Counted from the stretch's first letter, positions 15,358-28,640 are shown. The stretch is DNA of 64,000 bases from Eledone cirrhosa (GCA_964016885.1 OZ024742.1:153822001-153886000); one strand, 5' to 3'. Translations and numbers: made by a program. The notes: generated from the sequence alone by a model not told the origin.

Positions 15358-15703
15358 ATATACGATATATTAACAAATGGAAACTATATTTATAAAACCA
15401 TATTTATTTCATTATACATATTTCAAGGACTATCCGGGAGCTTCCAACAGAAATGGTCGCATTCTTTAAGGGTATGTCAATATTTATTTATAAAACTGAT
15501 CTATATTATATTTTATCTGATGAAAGCGCACCATAATTTGATTTGGTGTCCTTGAAATATGTATAATGAAATAAATATGGTTTTATAAATATAGTTTCCA
15601 TTTGTTAATATATCGTATTTTTACTCCAATAATTTGTTGAGTGCTTTATATCAGTTGTAAAAATATTTGTTTGTTGTATCCCAATAAGTTAAATATAACT
15701 TCT
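15358..15703 (+). mobile_element. Mini palindromic pLTR insertion (3854-8245 family) with HHR at 15509-15573
   Basis: Inverted arm 15360-15430 vs 15548-15617; CUGAUGA-AAG..CUU-GAAA-UAUGUAUA; 3' end atataacttcta equivalent to 8245. Confidence 0.8.
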
Positions 15704-15750
<47 letters not shown>

Positions 15751-15960
15751 AGTGACAGAGTTTAACATCAATTACTGATATCATTTTTTAATATTTCTAA
15801 AAGATCACGGATGGGAATTCGGACAGCTCTCTTAAGCCTGCCTAACACACAAATACACACCAGTCGCAAAATTATGTGAGAGAAAAACGAATACTGATAG
15901 CAAAGAAGAATTCTTCAATGCGCAGTAATCAATAATTTACTGTATTGTAAAACTGTATAC

Positions 15961-16066
<106 letters not shown>

Positions 16067-16069
16067 TGT

Positions 16070-16141
<72 letters not shown>

Positions 16142-17014
16142 ATGTGTGTATAATATCTGTTCTGTTTACATCTGCTGATATTAATGCATTTTTTACATTC
16201 TTTCAGCAGTTGCAATTATTTCTTTTTTGTTCAAATAATAACAACTCTATTTTATCTTTTCATCAGAAAATTGCATTGTCATTCTGTATTGGATGCATCA
16301 TTCATCTTTTAAATTCTATTTAGTCTTTTATTAATTTTCGACATATTTTAACTTTTCCCAAACTTTTGTTTTAATAACCCTATGATAACTTTTATTTTAG
16401 CTTTTAAGTTTAATCGGAGTCAATTATATATTTTGAGTTACTGCCACTATTTCGTATAAATGAAATGAATTTACTTATGCAGTATTGTTTCATATTTTTA
16501 CTGAACGGCTATAATTTTTCTTTCATCCATAACATAAACGAGTGGCTCCCTCTGATTAAAATGTAAATAAAAACGGTTGCCTTTATTAAATAGAATTCAA
16601 AAGTCTTACATATTTTTTCATTGTATAATTGGTATATTATTTAAATATATATTCCTTTATAATGAACATTGAGTATTGGATTTCTATGATATGAATTAAA
16701 CATCGAGGACGCTGCCGCATTTCTTCTGAAAACATTGTTTGGTTGCAGACAAACTGTTACGTATGGGGTTGTTATACACATATGTATATCGCATTATAGA
16801 AATATTATATGCACGCACACACATACACACATACATATACATATGTATATATATACACATATATATGAGTGCACATCTACATACATACATGAGGTGGCCA
16901 TGTATCAAGTTAGACCTCTTCCACATACACAAAGGAACCCCTATGTGAGTCAAATAAGAATTAATTCCAATTTCAATATTTTCACTAGCTCTAACAGTTT
17001 GGCAAATGAACAAT

Positions 17015-17064
17015 GAGCTGTACTGATGAAGGGTGATACCCAGAAACATTAGTGTCTGCAGTTC
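17015..17064 (+). ncRNA. Canonical minimal hammerhead ribozyme
   Basis: gagctgta-CUGAUGA-a-GGGU gat ACCC-a-GAAA-cauuagu-GUC^tgcagttc; 8-bp stem I and GUC cleavage triplet. Confidence 0.8.
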
Positions 17065-17182
17065 TGTTCACATGCCAACACAAGAACCAGAATGAAGGGT
17101 TAATTCGACTGACATGTCTATAACATTGAGGCTTGTTTGCATAATTGCAAACGAATCGAATGTTATTATTAATACTCAGATT

Positions 17183-17315
17183 TGAGTATTTTACATTACA
17201 ATCTGAGTTCAAATCCCGGCGAGGTTGACTTTGCCTTTCATCCTTACGGGGTCGATAAAATAAAGTACCAGTAATACACTGGGTTTTTGCTGGCCTTGTG
17301 CCTAAAGTAGAAACA
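17183..17315 (+). mobile_element. tRNA-type SINE with 18-bp target-site duplication
   Basis: B-box-like gagttcaaatcc, core gcctttcatccttacggggtcgataaaataaagtaccag; TSD attattaatactcagatt at 17165-17182 and 17316-17333. Confidence 0.85.
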
Positions 17316-17396
17316 ATTATTAATACTCAGATTACATTTATTATATATACACATATAAATATAAATACATATATATATATACACATATAAATATAA

Positions 17397-17495
<99 letters not shown>

Positions 17496-17673
17496 GAAAC
17501 ACACAGATACATGCGGACGCACACATATATACATGAATGCATCCGCACCCAACTGTGAGTTAAGGGTGCCAACTTCACCGATGTTGCTCAATGAATGACT
17601 ATCTCCCCCTCCGCCTTTTGGGATTCTTTCTCACGTCGTGTAGACGCGTTCTTGAGACTAGTAAAATGAGGTA

Positions 17674-17761
17674 TCCTCTTGATAAGTCGGCAGACCTCGC
17701 AAGGACTCTATATCTTTGATATATTGTTTTTGTTTATGCCACGAAACTACGTAGTCGAGGA
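17674..17761 (+). ncRNA. Hammerhead ribozyme, U3-A8 variant core
   Basis: tcctc-UUGAUAA-gu(c)ggca...ugccac-GAAA-CUACGUA-GUC^gagga; stems I-III all pair. Confidence 0.75.
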
Positions 17762-18264
17762 ATTTAGGAACAGTTTAGGTATGATACATTTTATTACTAA
17801 TTATATCTAAATGTTTCTTCTCTCTTCATAATGTATTTTTAACTCTGATACTGGTTCAGTCTGGTTCAAACTGAATTGGTCTGTCCCAGTCATTCATTGA
17901 GCAACATCGGTGAAGTTGGCACCCTTAACTCACAGTTGGGTGCGGATGCATTCATGTATATATGTGTGCGTCCGCATGTATCTGTGTGTTTCTAAATATA
18001 TTAATAACTCCCTCTGGTCGAGCAATCTTCGAGGTGTGGGGACAACTGGAAAGCTTCCATAACTCATACTTCTCGCCTTCTTCACTACCTCTTCTACGGC
18101 CTCGATATGAATACCCCCTCCGCCTCCGTGGTATTTTCTTCGTGGTTATAAGAGGCTTAGCTCTGTTTCTCGACCGTTATATCGCGTGACTATCTCCCCC
18201 TCCGCCTTTTGGGATTCTTTCTCACGTCGTGTAGACGCGTTCTTGAGACTAGTAAAATGAGGTA

Positions 18265-18352
18265 TCCTCTTGATAAGTCGGCAGACCTCGCAAGGACTCT
18301 ATATCTTTGATATATTGTTTTTGTTTATGCCACGAAACTACGTAGTCGAGGA
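18265..18352 (+). ncRNA. Hammerhead ribozyme, U3-A8 variant core (second copy)
   Basis: Identical to 17674-17761. Confidence 0.75.
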
Positions 18353-18682
18353 ATTTAGGAACAGTTTAGGTATGATACATTTTATTACTAATTATATCTA
18401 AATGTTTCTTCTCTCTTCATAATATATATATATATATATATATAAAACATGAGAAGAAAGAACACTGCGTCGTTGCACATGGGTTACATATGATAAAAAT
18501 AGTCCTTCGTCATTGATTTCCCAACCTTCATTGGTATTTCATCACTCTAAAAATCATATACCTCCGGTTGGTGCGAGCAATAGCTAAATAAAGCTATTGG
18601 GACAAGTAAATCGCGTAAAGCGAGCGAGACAAGTAAACAACAGGGAAGGAAAGCAACGCAAAGATAGGAAAAAACAGCCAGC

Positions 18683-18714
<32 letters not shown>

Positions 18715-19098
18715 ATGTGTGTGTGCATGTGTGCATGTGTGTGTATGCGTGTGTGCGGGTGTGTATGTCAGTGTGTGTTTCTGTGAGTGTATAAATACTA
18801 AATAGAAATATTAAGAGTGAGGAGTGAAAGGAACGGCAAATTGAGAAAAATACACACGTGCCTATTCACTCAGCGTATATATTCGATAGACTACTGCAGT
18901 TTCGTTCTAAGACCGCGTATTCTCAATATGTTTGACACATTGTGTTTATAGGTGAAATTGCTTACACAAACTACCAAACATTCTGAATGACATCTGAACC
19001 ACATTGTTGCAAAACGATCTTCTTAATCACACACATATAGGTGTACTTATATATTGCTTAAAACTGTAGCAGTTATAAAATCATAAATATTTTGAAAA

Positions 19099-19225
19099 TA
19101 ATTGTTTCTACTTTTTGGCACAATGCCAGCAATTACCCAGTAGATTACTGGTTCTTTATTTTATCGACCCCGTAAGGATGAAAGGCAAATTTAACCTCGG
19201 CGGGATTTGAACTCAGAATGGCAAA
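19099..19225 (-). mobile_element. SINE copy
   Basis: Reverse complement of the 17183-17315 consensus. Confidence 0.75.
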
Positions 19226-19639
19226 GGGCGTAGAGACCAAATTTAATATGTCTATGATTCAGTCAATGGAGCATTGATGTTATATCATCATTTATTTTCA
19301 AACTACTATCGTCGTTCACAACTAGTTTAACCGATGTATAATTTTAATATCGATAGTTCAAACGAGTGTAAATTATAAATTCTTAATAGATAATCCGAGA
19401 ATCATTTTAAATGAAATACATATATAACATTTTTGATTTTCTAACTTCCCGTTAATAATACAGTTGGAATTAGGTACATACATTTATGAAAACTACACAT
19501 ACATATATACACAAGTACGAAAATATAAATATATTTACCCCCTTGTTCCTTCTACCACTTTATCAATTTTTTAAGCTAACTCCAACAATAACAACACTAC
19601 CAACACAAGCATTGAGGTCAGATGTAGAGTGGGTAATAG

Positions 19640-19759
19640 GAACGAGTAGGACCCCGACGGCTGAGCTCAAGCCGTTTCGACGGTTAATTCTGGGCTAAAT
19701 TTAGTCCAGAATTATCCGTCGAAACGGCTTGAGCTCAGCCGTCGGGGTCCTACTCGTTC
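19640..19759. repeat. Near-perfect 120-nt palindrome abutting (TA)n
   Basis: gaacgagtaggaccccgacggc...ctaaa|tttag...gccgtcggggtcctactcgttc; contains the 3' half of an HHR (GAAAC-ggc..gcc-GUC). Confidence 0.85.
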
Positions 19760-19829
<70 letters not shown>

Positions 19830-19834
19830 ATATG

Positions 19835-19888
<54 letters not shown>

Positions 19889-19892
19889 TATG

Positions 19893-22690
19893 CTTCGTTT
19901 ATTAAAGATGTACTGCTATATATATTTCGGTGACATCCATCATTGGCTGTGACCTCTTCAGGTAGTTCGAATTGGTGTGGTAGACACAGGTACACATGTT
20001 GTTAAAGTGTTTTACTCCGTCAATACTGCGATATGTCCAGCTCCTGGTTGGGTTGTTATTTGTCTGAGGAACTGAAATCATATGAATTCGAACAAACGAA
20101 TTTCGGCATTCTAGGACACTCTCTCCCACCATTGGTCAGTTGTGAGAACATTCCTCAATCAAAGGTCTATAGAATGTTGTTTCCGAGGAACGACAATCTG
20201 TTGTGGTTGTTTTTGTTAAGTACAGTTGACCTCCTCCCTTGTGTTTATTGGTGTTAGGGGGTCAGCTGGCAGGTCAGCCTTAGTTCTACTGCTGCTGTCT
20301 TTAGAAAAATGAGTGAGTGTGGGTTGGCATCAATCCCACCACCCTTTCACGTGGTGAGGTGTGCCAAACCGATAATGGAATCAGATAAGGTAAAATGAAG
20401 AAATAAAATATGAAAAAATAAGTTAAAATAAATAATAAAATAATAAGATACGATACAATAAAATGAAGTAATAGCTATAGGGACTTCCCCGGAACATGTA
20501 GACACCTCAGGGCCGGGACCTTCCTCTAGCAATATGGGAAACAACAGCGAATAGGGAAGGGAACTTTCCTCAAGCTATAGGGACAGTAGCCCCGCCATAC
20601 CGAGCACACGGTAAACTACCCCCTACACTTTCACCACCCCTACCCCTGCCCCGATCGACTCCTATGGCAGGACAGACTTATGCATATGTCCATGAATAGA
20701 TCCTGTTATTTAAGATTGTACATGCACTGATACTTACATATGTGTGTGTGTGTGTGTATGTGTGTGTGTGTGTGTGCGTGTGTGTGCGAGTATATATATA
20801 CATATATATGTGTGGGTGGGTGGGTGTGAATATTGGATGCACCCGGGCCCGTATTGGTGCGTGTGGGCGTGCAACGGTGTGGGTTGACATACACGCATAT
20901 GTACTCTATGCCGAATTAAAAACTGTTGTCCTCTGCATTTCCGCATTTTGACACTCAGGTTATGGTGTTTTACACTCCACTCTTGCCTCATTTGCTCTTA
21001 AAACGCAGCAACCCATGATAGTGTAAAATCGTAATCCTTTGCATTTCCCGATTCTGACACATAGCCTTTATACTTCAGTCAATATTTTCCAAATCTTTCA
21101 AACTTTAATATTGGCTATAACACACACGCATTTTATTATTCTTTGATATTTGATATTGGCTATAACAATCACGCATTTTATTCTATTTTATTCATTTATT
21201 TACTTATTTTTTTACTTTTTCATTTTATTGTAACGTAACTTATTATTTTATTATTTATTTTATCTTATTTTTTTATATTTTATTTCTTCATTTTACCTTA
21301 TCTGATTCCATTATCTGTTTGGCACCCCCCAACACGTGAAAGGGTGGTGGGATTGATGCCAACCCACACACACCCATTCTTCTAAAGACAGCAGCAGTAG
21401 AACTAAGGCTGACCTGCCAGCAGACCCCCTAACACCAATAAACACAAGGGAGGAGGTCAGGCTGTACTTAACAAAAACAACCACAAAAGATTGTCTTGCC
21501 TCGGAAAAAAACTTTCTATAGTCTTTTGACTGAGGAATGTCTCACAACTGACCAATGGGGGGGAGAGAGTGCCCTATGATGCCGAAATCCGTTTGTTCGA
21601 ATTCATATGATTCCAGTTCCTCAGAGAAATAACAACCCAACCAGGAGCTGGACATATCGCAGTATTGAATGAGTAAAATACTTTAACAACATGTGTTCCT
21701 GTCTCTACCGCACCAATTCGAACCGCCTGAAGAGGTCACAGCCAATGATGCCTATCACCGAAATATATATAGCAGTACATCTATATATATAAAACTGTGG
21801 TTGTCTGTCTGTCTATCGATTTTTGGCACACATCTCCTCTTAGAATCTCTCACGGAATTGCACTGAAATTGCTATACTTGTACATTGAGCCCTAGCGAAG
21901 ACATCGGAAAAAAAAAATTTCAAATTGACCCACCCTATGTGACGAAATCGAATATAATGTATCGATTTTTTAGCGTAAGTTATCAGTTATTTCCCTTTGT
22001 TCTGTTTACATTGAGCGTCTTACGTATAAAATTACGCTGGCTTTCTCAGCGTTTAAAATGACATTAACACAATACACGAAGCTTCCGTTTTGCTTCATTT
22101 CCATTTAAAAGCATTTTAAAACAATATTTTTACTTGAAAACAAGTCTATTTAAAGACTACGTAAAACAAGCAAATATTTCGTCGTTAGGCGTGCAGACAG
22201 ACAGTCGTGCAGAGAGGTTATATAGGCGTGCAGACAGACATAACTGATAATTTGGTTACGCTAATGTTTTTCTCTGCGTTGCAGTGTTTACATTTTCGAT
22301 CTTTGTTAATAAATAACCAGTGCAGTTTTTATCCCCAGCATCCTCTTTTGTTATAACATTCGGGTTATCGTTATGTTTTCTTAACTTCATAAGGCATATT
22401 GTTGGTTGAGGGAATATTAATCAAAAACACCACATGCAAGTCTGCACAGTAGACACTACAGTTTTTAAGCCAAAAAAGAAACTTAACATTGTAACTTTAA
22501 CACAGCTACTGAGCGACCCCGAGCAACGCCGGGCTTTACTGCTAGTCTTTAATAAACGAAGACAAATCTTAAATATTTCACTTAGTTACTTTATTTTACA
22601 TTACTCCGGAGTAACCAAACCAACCTGCGTACTTCGTTGAGTGCTCCAATATCCATACTCAGGTGTCGGTAAACAACCAACATATACTAA
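19893..22690 (+). mobile_element. Non-coding palindromic PLE derivative interrupted by a Helitron
   Basis: Arms about 19893-20460 and 21230-21779 + 22546-22561; HHR CUGAAGA-GGU..ACC-GAAA-UAUAUAUA at 21722-21776 (+) and 19912-19966 (-); TA flanks. Confidence 0.8.
21780..22545 (+). mobile_element. Non-autonomous Helitron
   Basis: 5' TC, 3' hairpin cccgagcaacgccggg + CTAG, inserted between A and T with no TSD; empty site gcagtaca|tctttaataaacgaag preserved in the mirror arm at 19894-19917. Confidence 0.92.
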
Positions 22691-22731
22691 AAAAAAATAT
22701 ATATATACTTATATATATTTATATATATATA

Positions 22732-23430
22732 TTAAAGTGTTAAACAATATTGGATGAGTATGATAAAAAATGAGTTTTACATTAGATTGGAAGCACTCTA
22801 CGGCTTTAAAAAATTGATTTTCCGGAGTTATTAATATTAAAATATAAATATTAATAAAATAGATGTTCTTTTGATCAATTACAATTTATTATACATATTT
22901 CCGATGTACAACAGTACGTACTCAAATTCTTCTAGAATTTATAAAACTAATATATAAATAACCAGCAAAAAAATCCCGAAATCTTGATTCTTCACCCTAA
23001 AATTATAAGTTAAATATTTTCAAAATTAACAGTTTAACTTTCGGGAAAAATCTTCTTCTGCATATATCACCCCACCCCCTTTATCTTTCCCTTTCTATAA
23101 ATCCTTTTCCAGGGACTGTCACTGGCTGTTATGATTCATGATATGTTTTCCTAGATAATTCGTAGTATCATACCTTTTAAAATGTCTATAACTGTTACAT
23201 TAAGCAACATTCTCTATTGAATTTATTACGTTTTCGCATTTTCTCATAATTAGGGTATATATGTTAAATGTTCTCTTAGGTTAATCACTACCTTGATTAC
23301 ATTTTAACCATTTAACATCTCAGGGTATGTCATGTGTCATTATATTTTGTCTGATGAGGACGTACTGTTGTACATCCGAAATGTGTATAATACAATGTAA
23401 TTGATTAAAAGAACATCTATTTTATTAATA

Positions 23431-23445
<15 letters not shown>
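22732..23445 (+). mobile_element. Non-coding PLE derivative with HHR (23344-23396) and internal inverted arm
   Basis: CUGAUGA-GGA-cgtac tgtt gtac a-UCC-GAAA-ugugua-UA; 22838-22920 is the inverse of 23360-23442. Confidence 0.75.
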
Positions 23446-23461
<16 letters not shown>

Positions 23462-23462
<1 letters not shown>

Positions 23463-24352
23463 TAGTTTTGCGAGGTTTTTTATATGAAATCGTGTGTCGA
23501 AACAAATATTGTTATACTTGGGGAGGGTCATATTTGTGTAATATTGCCAGAAATAATAACAGAACACACTCACTGTTTGGTTGGTTTTCGCTTTTCGCTT
23601 CTGTGTCTTTTATATCGGCAATCTAATTTATTCGGTCCTCAATGTTGCCATTGACTGACCGGCGGTCAAAAATAATACAGATACAATATAGACACAAACA
23701 CATATATATAGTTTATCAGAATCATGAAAACAACATACATAGGCGAGACAGCTCGTAGCATATGTGAAAGGATAGACCAACACTGGGGGGAACTAAAAAG
23801 ACGAAAAAGCAGTTCAGTACTATACGAACATGCCAGAAAACAACACGACGGTAACATAGACAACATAGAAATTAGAATAATATCTAAACATAGAAATGAC
23901 CCAACAGATAGGCAAATCAGAGAGGCCAGTGAAATAGAACTTAGAAGGCCAAGACTAAACAGAAAGAATGAATGGAATAACAACAACACCCAAACGAACA
24001 ACACTGACCTAAGAGTAGTATAACAAAATAAATAAATAGATAAATAAATAAATACATACACAAGCACAATAACAACAAACACATATAAACACACAGTAGT
24101 CACCCAATCACGAACACACATCAAACAAAACACTATACACACACGCAAACACATGCGCAAAGAAGACAAAATAAAATGAACAAACAAACAAATAAATAAA
24201 TATATAGACAGACAAAATAAAAATTGCGTAGACATACAATGCAACGGGAGGAAACAATAGCAACACTGACGATGTTGCAGATGTGCCATGAAAGAACTCT
24301 GATAAACTATATATATGTGTTTGTGTCTATATGGTATCTGTATTATTTTTAA
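23462..24352. mobile_element. PLE fragment: GIY-YIG 3' end (23724-24023, +) with pLTR-like flanks shared with 56132-56600
   Basis: YIGETARSICERIDQH, SSVLYEH, RQIREA, LNRKNEW; 23462-23655 and 24238-24350 recur at 56132-56460. Confidence 0.8.
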
Positions 24353-24354
24353 CC

Positions 24355-25368
24355 ACTCTGGGTGTAATGTTCATCGATACAACCCCTAGAGGCGAACTAG
24401 CCTACAGATTTAGAAGGGCCCTAAATAAACATAAACTCAATATTAAGATAGTAGAAAGACCAGGTACCTCCGTAAAAACACTTATTAGCAAGACATACCC
24501 TTTTCAAAGACCCTCATGTATAGATAAGAAATGTATAACCTGTAAAATAAGCCCCCATATTAACTGTAAAACTAGAAATGTAGTGTATAGCATAAGATGT
24601 ACTGAAGGACAATGTAGAAACAAAAATATAGTGTACATAGGTCAGACAGCTCGTAGTATAGGGGAACGGATAAATGAACACTGGCGAGACCTTCAAGATA
24701 ATAAAGAATAATATGTACTCTACCAACTTGCTAAGATAGAACACAAGGGTAAATTAGAGAACATAGAAATAAAAATAGAATCTACACACAGAAAAGATGC
24801 AATGTTTAGACAAATTACAAAGGCAATAAACATAAAAGAATTACAACCAAAATTAAATAGAAAATATAAGTGGAACAGCAACATCACAACTTACAATTAA
24901 GGACAAAATGAAAACACACACACATATAGAACAAACAACCAACCAATAACATGTAAATAAATAAATAAATAAACAAATAGATAAATGAACATAAACACAC
25001 ACAGACACCCGAATGTGGGGCATGCGCAAACTGAGCACACAACACACACACAGAAACAAAATGGCGTAGGACAGAACAAAGGAAAGGCACAGAAACAAAG
25101 AAAGGAATCTCCAGTCACTGAAGAGGTTACAGAGAGTGTGACGAAAGGACTATGACTATATATAAACAACTATCTGGTTGTGGAAGCAACCAACCAACCA
25201 GAAATGTATAGATTTATAAGTTTGTAAATTTATAAATATATAATAAATTGAAGTGAAAGCAATGGTGCGTGTGTTTCTTATTGGCAACATGACCCTCCCA
25301 AAGTATAACAATATCGGTTTCAACACACGATTTCAGATAAAGAATCTTGCTAAACAAATTCAGAAACG

Positions 25369-25370
<2 letters not shown>
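24355..25370 (+). mobile_element. PLE 3' fragment (Cys-rich linker + GIY-YIG, Nematis/Neptune-like) with HHR at 25113-25157
   Basis: IKIVERPG, C..C..C..NC, VVYSIRC, YIGQTARSIGERINEH; agtca-CUGAAGA-g-GUUAC..GUGAC-GAAA-ggac-UA^tgact. Confidence 0.8.
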
Positions 25371-25425
<55 letters not shown>

Positions 25426-25428
<3 letters not shown>

Positions 25429-25788
25429 CCGTTGTTCGCACCAACCTGAGGTATATGGCCCTTTAAGCGATGAAATGCCTAGGACGGTTGGAGGGTCACT
25501 GATGAAGGACTTACTTTTTCATATGTAACCCATTTGCAACGCCGCAGCTCCATTATTATCATATTTACACATATATTTGTTCCTCTGCCTGCTACCCGTC
25601 AATTTCTTTCTTTGTATCTTTACCCTTTCTAGCAGTCTCTCTCTCTGTTAGCCTCCTCCTCAACTTTCACTCACTCATTCTCTGTCACTATCTCTCCTCC
25701 TCCTCCTCCTCCTCTTTCCTCCTCTTTCTTCCCGTTTGACCTGTCCGTTATCTTTTCTCGCGCTCTCTTGGCCAAGCCGGTATGAATT

Positions 25789-25825
<37 letters not shown>

Positions 25826-26204
25826 GCGACTTCACAGAACTTATGTTTACCGAATTCGCAGACCAGACCCCTTCTTCTTCCCCCCGTTAGACCTGTCCGA
25901 AATTCCTTCCTTGCTCACATTTCAACCAGGTTTGATGGTCTTTAGTCTCTTGTTCACGATTTCACCGAGTTTATATTCATAGAAATCTGGGACTTGTCTC
26001 TTTCTTCTCACTTTCTGTTGCTTAAACCATTTTGTTTGTTCACCCTAACGTCCCCTTTATTTACGTGTCCCAACGACCTCTTTTAGCCGTTGTTCGCACC
26101 AACCTGAGGCCCTTAAAACGATGAAATGCCTAGGACGGTTGGAGGGTCACTGATGAAGGATTTACTTTTTCATATGTAACCCATTTGCAACGCCGCAGCT
26201 GCAT

Positions 26205-26210
<6 letters not shown>
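25426..26210. mobile_element. Non-coding element with about 130-bp terminal direct repeats between (TA)n tracts
   Basis: 25426-25559 resembles 26084-26210; pyrimidine-rich interior. Confidence 0.6.
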
Positions 26211-26289
<79 letters not shown>

Positions 26290-26292
<3 letters not shown>

Positions 26293-26856
26293 AGGAGGAT
26301 ATCGACTCTCGACAACAACACCATGGAATCCACCACACCCAGATTCCCGATATACCAACTAGATCGCCCACTCTATCCACCGCCCGCCAACCGCGAGCTG
26401 GAAGAAAAACTCTCGAGACTAAAACATTCCGTATTTAACATCTTACGGAAACAGAAGAAGATGGCCCCAAACCTCCCCAGGACACAACAACTGGCCCTGA
26501 AGAACCTACGGAATAAGGAACTTATTTACTTACCATCCGACAAAGGTAAAGAGTTCTGCGTCATCTCTCAAGTCACATACAATAACCTAGCCTTCGAACA
26601 CCTAAGCGACAGTGAACTATACACAGTGATCCCGGACATGACTGCAGCCCAGATCGAAAAACAGACCAACTCCATTTGGTTCGATATCTGTAGGAGAAGA
26701 CAACTCCCGAATAAAGTTAAGCTCAACTACACCACTAGAAATAGCAGACTGCCCACTTTCTACCACCTCATCAAGACCCACAAGAATAGCACTAAGACGC
26801 AAATAAGACCCATCGTATCTAGCATAGAAGGACCCCTATGTATGGCACTTAGTTAA
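26290..26856 (+). pseudogene. PLE RT N-terminal fragment
   Basis: LIYLPSDKGKEFCVI, PTFYHLIKTHK, IRPIVSS; begins right after (TA)n. Confidence 0.8.
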
Positions 26857-27015
26857 ATGTAAGTATGTATGTATACGTACATACATATATGCATTTTCTT
26901 TTCCTTTTACCAATATATCATAACTCGTGTGTTACACCTCTATTCTTTTAAATATATATATATATATATGTTACTTCAAAATACAAATAAATATAGACAT
27001 TCATGTGATCAAATA

Positions 27016-27081
27016 TATTTTATTATACATATTTCAGAGATACTGAGCTATTTCAACAGTACGTCCTCATCAGATAAAATA
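27016..27081 (-). ncRNA. Hammerhead ribozyme in a solo pLTR (26975-27295)
   Basis: tattttat-CUGAUGA-GGA-cgtactg..cagtatc-UCU-GAAA-UAUGUAUA^ataaaata. Confidence 0.78.
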
Positions 27082-28059
27082 AGTTGATGCCTGATATACC
27101 TTGACTATGTTGATGACTATAATTTAATCATGGCAGTGATTAGTCATGACAAAACTCGATATTTATATACCTTACGTTGAAACATAAAAAAGTAATATTA
27201 ATAACTCCAGAAAACATCTCTTTAGAGTGCTTATAATATATTTTGAAACTTTATTCATTGATGAATTCATTGAACCTTGTTAAACTGTTAATCATATATA
27301 TATATATATAGTGAAAGGATAGTGTTCGACTTCAACATACAGAAAATTAAATTATAAGGTTGTTATGTAATATTCCTATTTCAATATAGGTTATAGATGA
27401 GGTGAGCTAGGAATACTCCACGCATTACGGCAAATATTAAGAGCCACTGATTCAGAAGAGGAGCTCTTCGGATTATTGAACATCTTATACGTCCGACCAT
27501 TTATCTATAGTTTATTTAGAAATAGATATGTTACATAACAACGTTAGCAAATAATATGGTGTCAGATGAAGATGTTTTGTGGGCTGCATGATGACTTCGT
27601 AGCGTTATCACGAAAGCCACAGAATTTGTGAGAATATTTTTTAAACGGTTTGAAAATAGGCTGATAAAATTGAGCAATGAGGTTCTGTTACGCTTCAGTT
27701 AGCTCTGAACAGTAATCAGTGACGAAGAAAGAATCATGTGTGTATGTCGTGAATCCTTTAAACATATTTGAAACTGTGAATTCTCAATCTCATATATTCC
27801 CGAAGAATGCCATTTTTTAGCATCTGCAGAAATTTTAGCCACAAAAGACGTCCATGACTAATTGAATTTTCCGATTTCAGTGGGCATATTACTTGAGAGT
27901 CCTTTTACCACTGTAATCATAAAAGTCACCAAGAAAATGTCCAATGAGTAAAGAATTGATGCAGACGTCATAAGTCCAGATCTGTACATATCTAGTGGAA
28001 AAATCTTGCTGCTCGTCTTACTCAGATATTTGTCCTCCACCGGAAAGTTTCAGAATGTT

Positions 28060-28640
28060 ATGACATTCCTTCTCTATAAGCATTCAGAGAAGCCATTCAA
28101 ATGCAACGATAAACCTGACCTCACATTTTTGTAATGACATGGACAATCCACACACGTGTTCTCACTAATAGTCCAACTCGCTAAATCACTACATTCCAAG
28201 CATTATATTGGACCGTCTACTTTCCCCAAGACATCTCCAAGTTAAATTTCAGCAGCAAATTCACTCCCTTCATACCGAACCCTTAAATTTCCAATATACA
28301 ACTATGTTAAGAGAAGGGCTCTCTCGGCACACTTGACAAAGGTGGCTAAACCAAGATTATTTTCATTCATCTGCTTTTTTCCTCAATGATCTTGCGAATG
28401 GCGTCATCAAATTCGCCTTCGTCACTGATCTTTTAACTTCAAGAACAGCGCAACTCAATGTGTGTCTTAATACCCCATCTATTAGGAGTCGTTTTCTATG
28501 CAGTACTTCACCGTGTATTCAAACACTGCCATGGGAAGTCTTGTTTCGTTTCCACAGGGATAGCGTAGTTATCAATCTGTGGATATTTAATATCAATACA
28601 TAAGGGCAGTGAACTCGGCGTTATGCCGATTACCTAAAAC
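28060..28640 (-). pseudogene. Possible decayed Academ-like (XPG nuclease/Cys-rich) DNA transposon remnant
   Basis: Broken motifs resembling GCD..GK..W, LPP...YWK and a C-terminal Cys cluster; many stops and frameshifts. Confidence 0.3.

Larger units (their letters stand above)
17492..18423 (+). mobile_element. ORF-less retrozyme-like element: inverted arm + partial tandem (591-bp period) with two HHRs
   Basis: 17596-17832 equals 18187-18423; 17492-17599 inverted at about 17888-17996; (TA)n on both flanks. Confidence 0.8.
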
